A DNA stretch of 64,000 nucleotides from contig JBLDXI010000034.1 in the NCBI GenBank assembly GCA_047495785.1, positions 1 through 64,000 of the forward strand, written 5' to 3'. The translations under genes were made by a program, and so were the position numbers. Numbering within the stretch: the first letter of the stretch is position 1; each line of letters begins with the position of its first letter. The notes beneath the pieces were generated by a model. It saw only the letters and a list, made by a program, of their open reading frames with translations, had not been told where the DNA came from and did not search any database. Shown piece by piece: positions 36,501 through 47,431 of the stretch. This DNA comes from Lepidodermella squamata (taxonomy: Eukaryota > Animalia > Gastrotricha).

Positions 36501-36700
36501 CGATGGTCACCGTCTACGAAATGGCCATGTGCGCAGTGATGATGGCGAACGAAGAAGCCTGGCAGGTGCCTGTCTCCATTCTACTCGGTAGTTACACGTT
36601 TACGATACCGGCTGCTAGGGCTGTCGACACGTCTGCGGGGCTCATAGCTGTGGACTTCTTTCTCATCATCAATCTCTACGCAGCATCGATTGTACTTTGA
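33566..36700 (+). CDS. Cys-loop channel subunit with N-terminal L-type-lectin-like domain and Thr/Ser mucin stalk (8 exons, ~816 aa)
   Basis: In-phase exons 33566-33608, 33657-33874, 33930-34053, 34286-34530, 34710-34830, 34895-35856, 35905-36314, 36373-36700. Lectin-like WTMGGNAV..YRLTTTLGSYDGTVFSN..WRFEV..PGVWG..FTGALFFV; stalk ~34950-35460; VWRP, CPLNLRKFPFDTQTC, four TM. Confidence 0.82.
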
Positions 36701-37669
36701 TGGATGTAAAATTTGCTTTTTTAGATAAATCATAAGCAGCGCATTCAGTTGCATGATCATTTGTACCTAAAGTATGCTTTGTAATGGCTATTTGCGTCTC
36801 ACAATAGTAAAATAATAAAGATTTACATTTGACCTTCTTGATGGATAACGAGCATCAGATTTAGGCCATTTTAATGATTTGATTTACAAATGATTTAGCC
36901 CCTTGGAATTCCCGCGGTCATAACATGAGAAATCGCATTTGCCTCCAAGTGGTCTGGTGCAATTCAACCTCTTTTAGACTTATCCAGCCAATGTCAACCT
37001 TGAAATGTGATAGTAACCTTAGAAATGTACCATAATAATCATGTTTCTCTATGTGAAAGATTTGATTTGATTTGATTTGATTTAGAATTTAGACTGGTCT
37101 AAGGATTTGATTTGATTGATTTAACATGGGTTTTTTGGGAATTCGATTTGAAAAGATTTATTTAAAATTACTTGTGATTTACTGAAGAAATCAAATCAAA
37201 CCAAATCAAAGATCAAACTCACTGACGAGCACTTTCCCACTTGTTGACCACAAGTTGAAATTCACTGTAAAAATTTTTCTTTTTATCAGATGATTTTAGA
37301 GTAAATCATCGAAGTTTGAGCTTTGACACTAATGAATGCTGGGCCTAAAGTCTTGTTCGTCATCTGTAACCCTGGTGGCCCTCACACTTCGTGAGCCATT
37401 TTCAATACTTTTATTACTTCTTTTTAAAAGCCATTATTACTCCTTTCTCTCCGTCGAGTCAGCCGCATCGCACTGCTTCTTGGCGAAATTAAAGGCAGCT
37501 CCTACCAGGGGCGTAACAGGGAAACATTTTCGTAGTTGTTATGCATCGGAGAGTCAAATTTGCGCCATTTTTACCTGCGATTGAATATTAAATTTTCTGA
37601 GGTTTTTACACGTATTTGTGTTTCTGCTTGCGCTACTGCAGCGGTACACTTACTTAACTACTTCTTACG

Positions 37670-39265
37670 ATGGCCGGCAATAAAGGCGGGAAGAAGAAGA
37701 AGAAGGCAGCTCCTACACTTTCCCTGTTCAAGGCTCTGAGGGGCCTGGACGCTGCTGACATCGCCAATGTGCTGAAGATGATCGCGGCGCTCAAGGCCGC
37801 AAAGGGTTGCCCGGAGACTCTCTCGGTTAGTGGCGAGGTCCACATGGACTCGGCTGACGAGAGTGGCGACGAGCCACCTACGCTCACCTATGCTGGCGCG
37901 GCCACGTCCACGGCCTCGTCTCAGCGCCCGTCGTCGCACCCGGCGACCCCTGACCCTCGTGTTAAGCCGCCGCCCCAAGGCGCTCCACCTGCGGGTGCTG
38001 CCCCTGCTCCGTCCACTGCTGCCAACACCGGTTCTTTCCGCACTGTCATAATCGATGGAATACACGGCATTCGACGGAACGAACTTGAGCCCAAACTCTA
38101 CGAGGCTGTCGCCTGGCTTCGGCCCGAAACCGTTGTTGTCATGGCTAGTGGTGGCTTGCGTATCATCTGTAAAACCCCCGCTGATGCTCAGCGCCTTCTC
38201 GACCGCGATGGGTTCGCTCCTGAGGCCTTTCGTGGCTCCGCATTTCGCGTCCACCGCCCCGGCCAGCCAGACCCTAAGGCTGCTAAGTCCAAGCAAGCTG
38301 ACAAGGACAGTCGTTCGGTGATCACTGCCCGGCTGCCTGGGTTCTATACCACCGACCAGCTTCTGAAGCACCTGACGAACGTCGTCGAAATTCGTGACAT
38401 GCCAGTTCACACCCCCGGCGATGACCCGCTCCGCGTCGTCGTCCTCAAGTCACAAGCGTTACGCGACGAGGCTCTCACCCTCGGCCTCGAGTTCCTGAAT
38501 CGCCGTATCAAGTGCCGCCCTCTCAAGGACGGCCTCCTTCCGCCTAAGTGTATGCGCTGCGCCCGGTTTGGGCACGTCGAAGTTGACTGTGCTGCGGCAG
38601 AGAAAGACCTCCTGTGTGGTCGCTGCGCCTCGCCGAACCACAAAACCGCCCAGTGCGAAGCGCCGCGCGAATCCCTCGCCTGCGTCAACTGTCCGGACGG
38701 TGGCTCGCCTCGCCACTCCAGTCTCTGGCGCGGCTGTCCTCCGTTCAAGGCCGCTAAAGTGCAGGAGGCCGAGTCCCGTGCTGCCCGCGCCGAGGCGCGA
38801 CGTGCTCGTGTCGCTCGACAAAAGAAGGTCACGCCACCGACCGCGCCGCCTCAGCCCCCTCCGGGCCGCGTCTTCCGGGTTGCCACTCGCGATCTTCTCG
38901 GCTCCGCGCCGCCGCCCCCACCGCAACTCCCGCCTGTTAACCCTGCTATCCGTAACCAGTTCCAGACGCTCGACGGCGCTCGTTTGTTCGAAATGATGGA
39001 CGCCCGCCTGAAGAAGTTCGAGGAAAAGGAGGTTGCCTACGGCCAGCGTCTTCTACGGCTGGAGAACGCCTTCGTTGAGATCACGGGCCTTGTCAAGGCG
39101 GTCGTGCATGCGCCTCCCGTTCGCGCGGCTGGTGGCCCGCCGCCCCCTGCCTCAGCTCCTCCGCCGTCTCCCGTCTCGGCCCCGCGCGGGTCGTCTCGTG
39201 GCTTGCTGTTTCATATGTCCCCGGCTGCCGCGTTGCCCCCGACCGAGCCTGGATCAACATGGTAG
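37670..39265 (+). CDS. LINE ORF1p, nucleic-acid-binding protein with three zinc knuckles
   Basis: CMRCARFGHVEVDC, CGRCASPNHKTAQC, CVNC..RHSSLWRGC. Confidence 0.9.
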   Translation: MAGNKGGKKKKKAAPTLSLFKALRGLDAADIANVLKMIAALKAAKGCPETLSVSGEVHMDSADESGDEPPTLTYAGAATSTASSQRPSSHPATPDPRVKPPPQGAPPAGAAPAPSTAANTGSFRTVIIDGIHGIRRNELEPKLYEAVAWLRPETVVVMASGGLRIICKTPADAQRLLDRDGFAPEAFRGSAFRVHRPGQPDPKAAKSKQADKDSRSVITARLPGFYTTDQLLKHLTNVVEIRDMPVHTPGDDPLRVVVLKSQALRDEALTLGLEFLNRRIKCRPLKDGLLPPKCMRCARFGHVEVDCAAAEKDLLCGRCASPNHKTAQCEAPRESLACVNCPDGGSPRHSSLWRGCPPFKAAKVQEAESRAARAEARRARVARQKKVTPPTAPPQPPPGRVFRVATRDLLGSAPPPPPQLPPVNPAIRNQFQTLDGARLFEMMDARLKKFEEKEVAYGQRLLRLENAFVEITGLVKAVVHAPPVRAAGGPPPPASAPPPSPVSAPRGSSRGLLFHMSPAAALPPTEPGSTW

Positions 39266-42133
39266 ACTGTGACTTTCTGACGCAATGGAACTGCCGTGGT
39301 GGTAATGACAAAATGTTTGAATTTTATTGTGTTATTGATGATTTTAATCCGGTTGCTTTTTTGATTAACGAGTCTTTCTTCTATTCTCTTACCTCTGTCT
39401 CCCTCGACGGGTACGCGATCTTTCGTTGTGATAGGGCACAGGACTCTGCAGAAGCCTTGCTTGGTGACGCGCATGGCGGGTTGGCGATCCTGGTTCGCGA
39501 AGGGGCGGTTGTCGTCTCCGAGCGGAAGCTGGCCTTGACTGGGGCGAAGAGAAGCGAGTGGATACGCCTCGACCTGCTGCCTGGTCGCCGTTGTGAAGCA
39601 GTACGTGTGTTTACCGGCTACTGTCCGCCGTCGTCCAGTCTCGACCTGCGCTGGTTTGAGGAGGAGTTCGCTGAAGCTGCTCGTCTGGCTGTCCCGTGTT
39701 TCTTTGGCGGCGACCTGAACGCGAAATCACCACTGTGGGGGAAGGGCGACCTCTGGAACGCCAACGGCTTCTCCCTCCACCACGCCGCGACTCGGCTCGG
39801 TCTTACCGTCCTTCCGTCTCCGAAGCCGACTCATCTGCATCCCTCCTCCGGTTCGCTATCCACGCTCGATGTATGGGTGCTTAACGACGCTGCCATGCGC
39901 CTTCTGCGCGGCGGCGCTCACGTTGGCGATCGATATACCAGTGACCATTTCGTGACCTCAGTCGCTGTCGCCTTCCCAGTTGGCCGGCGGCTGCCTGCAG
40001 TCGACCCTCCCGCTCCGGATCCGTTTCCGCGGTACGAAGTCTCGCGCGCCGATCGTCTCGGTTTTTCCCGCACCTTTACTGCTAAGCTCCTTGCCATTCA
40101 GATGCCAGCTCCCGGGGACCCCTTCCCACGACTTGCCGCCTATCGCCGAGAAGTAACCAGCGCTATCGCCGAGTCCCGCGACCTTCACGTGCCCGTCTGT
40201 GCGCCGGGGCAGCTGCGACGCATCGCCATGAGCCTGGAGATGCGCAGGCTTCTTCAGGAGAAGCGGGTTCTGGAACGTGCTCTGGGCAACCACGTCGACC
40301 GCGAGCTATGCGCCCGGCTCAAAGATCTCGACGCCCGGTTCCGCGCTGCGCAGCACGCTCATCTTCTCCGTCGCGACATCGCCAATCTTCGAATGGTGGA
40401 AGCGCTGCCCAGCACCGTTACCGAGAAGCGTGGGAGCGCCTCCGCCGTCTCGACCGACACAGGCCGCCGCGTTCGGCTGGGCCCATGAAACTGGATGACG
40501 GCCGCGTCTTAGCGCCATCGCCTGAGCTCGCAGATGCTCTCCTGAGTCAGTTCGTCAAGCCGATGACGCCGTATGAAGACCCGGCTGCCGATGCTGCGAC
40601 CAGACAACGTTGGGCCGGTATAGAGCGATTCGTTTCCACCGATCCTGATCTTCAGCGTACCGATACCCTGCAGCTACCCGGCCGGGGTGAGTTCTCCGTC
40701 AGCCAGCGCATGGTGGCTGATGCAGTCGGGCGCCTCAAGCCGTTTAAGGCGCCTGGGCTGGACGGCATCAGTCCTATATTCTACAAATGGGGCGGGCCGC
40801 CGCTTCAGCGCCACCTTCGCCATCTGTTTAACCTCAGCCTCGGCTCCCGATGCGTTCTGCGCCGGAATGGAAGGAGGCTGCCGTCATCCCTGTGCCTAAA
40901 CCTAAAGCCGGTAAACCGCATGGCGCCGTCTCGTCTCAGCGGCCGATCTCGCTGCTCCCAGTTGACGGCAAGCTACTCGAATCGATCATCGCGCGCTGGT
41001 TGGGTGGGTTCCTGGAGGATCTCAGCCTGCTGCCTGACAACCAGTACGCGTTCCGTGCTCACCGATCCGCTCCGGACGTACCGCTGCGAATCGCGCACCG
41101 CGTCCACCTCGGCCGGTCGCGTAACCGTAAGGTCATCGTCGTCGGCCTTGACGTACAGGCGGCGTACGATTCCGTGTGGAGTGCCGGCCTTGCCTTCAAA
41201 CTCGCCGAACTGCCTCTACCTCGAAACCTGGCCGCCTGGCTTACCGATTTCCTGCGCGACCGGAAGCTTCAAGCGCGCGTCGCCGGCTTCCTCAGCCAGC
41301 AGCGGACTGTGAACTGCGGAGTCCCGCAAGGGTCGCCCCTGTCGCCCCTGCTGTACATCGTGTACACTGCTGACCTTCTAACTGCGCCGACTGCCCCCGG
41401 CTGTTCCCTAGACGCCTATGCTGACGATCTCACAGTCGTCGGCGAGGGTGCGAATTTCCAGGAGGCCGAACGCTGCACCCAGGCAGAGATCGATCGCATC
41501 TCGCAGTGGGCCAGCGAGTGGCGCCAGAAGTTTAATGCGTCGAAAAGCGAGGCAATGCCGTTTGCCTGGCGCTCGTACCAGACCCGTCTGCGCCTCGACG
41601 GCTCGATGATCCCTCAAGTTGCCGTGATTCGTGTCCTCGGCGTGCACCTTGACGCCAAGCTGACTTGGAAGTCGCACGTCGACCAGGTCATCAACCGCTG
41701 CACCCGGAACCTGTCCCACTTTCGCCGTATTGCCTGCACCCCTGGCCTCTCTCGCCGATGGCGTCGCACGGCCTACCTCAGCCTTGTCCGCTCCGCCGCC
41801 ACTTACGGCAACGTCGTGTTTTGTACCGCGCCCAAGAGGCAGCTGAAGCGGCTTGATGTGTTGCAGAACGACTGTCTGCGCAGCCTGCTAAACATCCGCC
41901 GCGATGACCGGGTCCGTGTCTCGGAGCTGGAACGCCGCTGTGGCGTGAAGAGCCTGCCTGCCTTTTTCGAACAGACCCAGCGCCGTTATGCTGCGAATGC
42001 AGTCCGGTTCGTCCTCCCACTTAGAGAAGAAGTTGAGCGACTCCGCCTCTCCGCGAACCCGGTGCCCCGTTCCCCGCTGGCCTTGATCGCCAGCAGGCTT
42101 CCTCGGGGTCCTTTGCCCACTTTCGATGTCTGA
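39259..42133 (+). pseudogene. LINE ORF2 (APE endonuclease + reverse transcriptase), two frameshifts (~40405, ~40855)
   Basis: QWNCRG, GDLNAK, SDHF; KAPGLDGI; WKEAAVIPVPK, RPISLL, QYAFR, LDVQAAYDSV, GVPQGSPLSP, YADD, split over three frames. Confidence 0.88.
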
Positions 42134-42552
42134 TCTTGCCGCCTCTCCCTCTCCCTCTATCCTTTGCTTTCTCTTCTCTCTTCCCTTCTTCTTCCTCCCA
42201 TTCTCCCTCGCTGTGTTTACGTGCCTGTCTGCTTTCGATAAATCATCCATCACCCCGCCCACTTGTGCCCACAGCGCACTGCCGCCGGCAAGCGCATATA
42301 ATCTCGCGACCCCGCGTCATTGATATCTTTACTTATTTTGTCTCCCATATCAATGAACAATAAATATTTGAATTTAGAATTTAGAATTTAGTACCCGAGA
42401 ATATATGTAGGCAATTCATGCACGTGTTCTTAACCCATTATTGAGACTTCTGATGGAAGGATGATTTTATTCATTCATTTCACAAGTTCTCCTTCCACTT
42501 AATAACCATGATTCCTTGCTTCATCATCGATCTCACTTAGGAATCCAGACAA

Positions 42553-44931
42553 TCATGACAAATTTTCGCATAAGACTTTACCGACATCTGTCGAATCACA
42601 CGGATAAATTTTATAGCTATAACCGCTTGTGTAGTCGCCAGTGTCATCATAGCTCATGGCAGCGCAGCCATCGCCGTCATTCGACGTAATGTAGCGTACG
42701 ACGTAGGCAGCTGAGCCATCGGCAAATTTGAGAACGTTACTGAAACGAGAGAGAGCCGTCCAATACAAACTGACTTCGTCCATCACTTGCGAGGCTGGCA
42801 CCAACTCATCGTCTGATCTAAGCGCTGCTAGCATAGCATTGTTTTCTGCACATTTCGCCGCGGCGGTGGTTATGTTGGACGAGGGAGTATCAAACACCAA
42901 GAACGTTTTTACCACAGCATTGCAGCTGGCCTCGTTTGCATAGGTGACATTAGCCGGCATGCTAAGCTCAGTTTCCGCATTGCAGCCTGTCGACTCCTTC
43001 ACGCATCGAGCTGAGTTCTCACTTATGGAAACGCAGCGATAATAGTTCCCAGGTTGCTGGAAGTAAAATTACAATTCAACATATTATAATTCAGTACCAA
43101 ATTTCATTCAGAAGCCCGTTCGAAAATATAATCTCAAATGAAAAATTGCTCGTTAAATGTTCAAATCCACCGAATTTGCATACCTGAGCTTGCAAGCAGT
43201 CAGCATAATTGCCCGCGAAGTCAGACTTCGCCTTGAAAATCGAAAGCTGAAAAATTAAACGCACTGCACATCTGATCATATAATGCAACACATTTACAGA
43301 TCATAAGAATTGAAAGATGAAATTAGGAGGATTTTAAAAAGATCAGCCTACCACTGCCATAGGAGACGGGCATGAGTTTCGGCAAACCGTGGCGCCAGAT
43401 GTTGAGCACAGAGCCGCAGGCTGCAATACGTCAACAATCACTTTTCAAATAAACATTGTTGCACATAAAACGAACGCCTGCTACGCAATGGTATCTGTCG
43501 ATGTAAGTTCCGCTACTATAGGTCTGAAGATGAGAAGCATGAATCGATATTCATTCCTTAAATACCTGGACTTACCTGCGTCATTGAGGCTGGATCGCAA
43601 GGCGTCGACTGACAGCCGACGAAAGACCGATTGCTTTGGTGGAAGCATCGATTGAATGGCACGAAATCAGCATTATTTCGGACAACTTTAAAAGTTATTA
43701 GCGGTTTATCGCGAATTTACTTGGCTCAAGATATCAAAAAATTCGAACAATTTCGAAGTGATTTGATTTTCAATTTATCAAAAATAATTCAACGGAACCA
43801 ACTTTTCTGTCGCGCCAAGCAGGTTCGCATCAGTTTAGGGCTGCCAACCCGAGTCTGCGTTGGGGAAACAGACTGAATATTTCCACTCTCAACTTTCATT
43901 GAAACACACCCCGTTGTTTGGGCATGAGCCGTTGATCGGGATACACGTTCGCTGGCCATTATTGTCACAGACAGTCGCTCGAATATTCTGATAGAGGTAA
44001 CAAAAAGACAAAAAGAAGTGCTACCCATCACTCACCACGAAAAAACAGATTTTTGTATTAATTGATTATATTTTTATTTCATCATAATCGAATCGTGTCA
44101 ATCCCGATTAAAGATTAAATCCTCTGTCCAATCGCCCAACAAATCGAATCGACTAATCGACTAATAAAAATCGAGAAAATTCAATTAAATCATTATTTAG
44201 TTTGTAACATTTAATCAAACGCGATTCACGCATTTGCTCCATCTCGTTTCCTTAATCATAATTTTAGAACATAGCCGAATCATCTTCATGATATTTCTAT
44301 CCTAAAGCTGCCCAAAACCTTTATTAATTTAGTGCATGATAACTAAAACAAGGCGGGCATTCAATTATTGTGAGTTATAATGCCAAATACGAAAAATGTT
44401 GAAATCAAACCAGAAAGTTTTTAATCGTCGATCGACATAGCTCGTACTGCGATACAAAGAGTCCGCCAATAAATTCAGCAGTCTGTAATGACAAATGACA
44501 TGAAAAGTGGGAATTTCACTTGAAATATCAGGCTTATACCAAAACTTCATCATTATCATCGCAGCCTAGATTGCGAGGGATACATCGCATGTTGATCGTT
44601 TTGAAATTGAAGCAGCTTCGAGCGGACTATAATGGAATGATTGATAGGATTCAATTTTAGCTTCGAAGAATTGAAGTATCAACTCACTCCGGATGTACAA
44701 CTCGCCAACGAATTCAACTTTAGGCCAAGCTTTATTGAACGCAGTAAAAATTTAAAAATGGGAAATTGATAAATAATTCAAGGGCCTTGCCTGAATATCG
44801 TCGAGAAATGAACAATTCTGTTTGCAGCCTGTGAAATCGTCATTCAACCGTGAGAAACATCGCTTGAACTCTTGCGAAGAGGCCAATGAAGTCAGGCTCA
44901 AGATGACAACGATGCGAATAAAATCAGCCAT
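42553..44931 (-). CDS. Gene C: secreted protein, six 4-Cys modules + one C-type lectin-like domain
   Basis: MADFIRIVVILSLTSLASSQEFKRCFSRLNDDFTGC...; exons parallel genes A/B (LGLKLNSLASC, SARSCFNF, FNRCFHQ, DFAGNYADC); final exon AKCAENNAMLAAL..YWTAL..GCAAM..C..VLCENLS*. The first intron needs a GC donor. Confidence 0.75.
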
Positions 44932-45689
44932 AATTCAAATCTAATTTGTGAGTAAAAAATGAATGAATGAAATGGACGCCACCTTATTTTGAGTTGAGGT
45001 TGGAGCACGCGATGTTTTTCTCACTTCCAGAAAAACATGTGACGATTGGCACACACTAGTTCAATTCTCAAAATTGTAAACATCATAAAAATGAACGAAA
45101 TAACCCAGGCCAGGCCGTGAATGGGCGTTTGCGGTGTTTTGGTTCCGTGACGCGCGATTCGCTGGAACGCGAAATTATGTAATAAGCATTGCTCAGAAAA
45201 TATGGAAAATAATGTTCAATAAATACTCATGGTTTGAAATCACCATCGACTTAATTGGAGCTAAACCTTTGTAGACTCATCACTAGCCACTTTTCTGCTG
45301 GACAGAAAAATGAATCTCATTTTGATGAGCGAAAATCGCGTGAAAAATGCTTTCCAAGGCGCCATTATCACGCATCAGCCAGCACAGCTTTAACACTTTA
45401 ATGGAGCCAACGATCTTTATACTGTATTCATCCGAGCTGCTATTGCGAAAACCGGCACATTATATGCTTTCTATTCCTTGATAACCGATAGAAAATCAAT
45501 TTAAATCGCCTTAAACAAAAACACTACACATTCTAAATTTTGCAACGACTATCGACCGTACTAGTAGTTTTATAGAAACCATTTTTTAACAATGCTCCGC
45601 ATCATATCATTTATATCATTGCCTCGCCATTTCTAAGAGATTTCACACCCTCTTCCGGGGTGAATTTTAAAAAATGTAATATGGACTCT

Positions 45690-47160
45690 TTCCCGAACAC
45701 CAGTTCGGTTTCTGTCGTGGGAAATGTACAACAGATCCGAGCTTTTGGATCGTCAATGACGCTGCTATCGCCTTGGCCCGGCACTATAAACTCGTAGCAG
45801 TGGCACTTGACTTCAAAAGTGCCTTCGATTTCGTTTGGCACAATGGGCTCTTGCACAAACTTATCGAAGCAGGTGTGCCCGAGCCTATAGTTAGATGGGT
45901 AGCCGATTTTCTGCGCGGCCGTTGTTTCAAATTGAAGGTGCAAGGCGAGCTCAGCGACGAACACTCAATACACTGTGGCGTCCCTCAAGGCTCGCCTCTG
46001 AGTCTTTTGCTCTTCATTTTTACACAGCCGACATGCAGCCCCGTGAATTTAAACCCGACGACGGTAAGCGTCGCGTTGCAAACGGCACCTACGCAGACGA
46101 CGCCCTCAACTGGGCGTACGGCAAGCGGCAAGTCGCTTTTAGATTGCTCTCGGCGACTGCAGCTTCAACTCGATAACACTGTCAGTTGGTGCGCGCGTTG
46201 GCGCTTAACACTTTAAATGCCAAAAATAGACTGCGAGGTCCGATATTTGGGTCTAATTCCTGGGTCTGTCAAAAAGTCTTTTATTTCGGTTCAACGATGC
46301 GTCGAGGGGCAAAATGCCTGACGGCAAAGTGTAGGCCATGACCTGGCGGTTCTTTTGACACCGAATTCGGGGCCACAAGGTCTGAGCAGGTCATTGAAAA
46401 TGACAGTGAAATAACGTCGAAAATTTTGGATTAGAGCCAAAAATCAGACCCAACAATTGGACCTAATTATTAGACCCAGATTATGGCGCAACAATCGAAA
46501 TTTCACTGTTTTTCAAGTTTGATTTCTGTGCGTTCCTTGAAGTCTTTGGCCCCAAATTCGGTGTCAAAAGAACCGCCAGGTCATGGCCTACACTTTGCCG
46601 TCAGGCATTTTGCCCCTCGACGCATCGTTGACCCGAAATAAAAGACTTTTTGACAGACCCCGGAATTAGACCCAAATATCGGACCTTGCAGTCTATTTTT
46701 GGCATTTAAAGTGTTAATACTGCACCCTGAAAAATGCGAAACAATGATTTTTGGCTTTTATAATTCTCTACCTTCGATCCATATCAGGTTAGGTCCACGA
46801 AAGATTAAGCAGGTGCAACAGCTCAAATATCTTGGCCTTCACCTAACCCCGCGCCTGAGTTGGGACAACCAATTGTCAGCAATTTCGGCTAAAACCAGGC
46901 CGAGAGCTGGCATGCTAAGGGGCATTATGGCTCGGAAAGTCTTACCACCCAAGCTCGGAATCATGTTTCACAATGCGCCATCTCAAAGGGTGATGACTTA
47001 AGCTCGCCGACATGGTCTTGCCTCCCTAAGTCTTCACGCGACCGGTTGTTTGAGATGCAAGCCAAAAGCCTTCGCGCAGCCCTCGACCTACCGTACGACG
47101 CGGACTCGTTTGGGGCACTTTACCTGTCGGGTGTCAAGTCAATCGAAGACGTCTTCCATT
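45690..47160 (+). mobile_element. 5'-truncated LINE RT fragment inserted inside a hAT-type element (hAT pieces ~45480-45680 and 47170-47429)
   Basis: HQFGF, ALDFKSAFDFVWHNGL, CGVPQGSPLS, YADD (shifted frame), LKYLGLHL; flanks match the hAT element at 47686-48820. Confidence 0.8.
46209..46713. mobile_element. piggyBac-type MITE inserted in the RT fragment
   Basis: TTAA on both sides, ~170-bp TIRs starting CACTTTAAATGCCAAAAATAGACTGC; excision restores WRL-ILHPEKC. Related deleted copy at ~50083-50462. Confidence 0.88.
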
Positions 47161-47431
47161 TGAGTACGTGGCGGAGCCCTTATTTGACCCAAATAAAAAT
47201 GTGACAATGGGAAGAAAACGAAGCGAAGTAAAATAAAAGTAACGACTGTAAATTGTCATTTTTAGGAGGGCTTGAAACCCTTTTTACCGAAAAAATCGGA
47301 AAAATTTCTCGCTTCGCTCGTCTCATGGGTTACGAGTAAATGTTACTAATGGCGCGAGCGAGCGAGCGCAATTTTTGTGTTGCTCAATATTAGAAACACA
47401 CCAGCTCGAAAATCCTACTTCGCACACTGTC

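Larger units (their letters stand above)
37432..42391 (+). mobile_element. Near full-length Jockey/I-group LINE
   Basis: CATT 5' start (approximate), gag-like ORF1, APE-RT ORF2, AATAAA then (GAATTTA)3 tail; GC-rich relative to flanks; no TSD found. Confidence 0.9.

Noticed and set aside
37658-42262. Many overlapping and antisense ORFs across the LINE
   Set aside because: Expected by-product of GC-rich coding sequence; no independent motifs.
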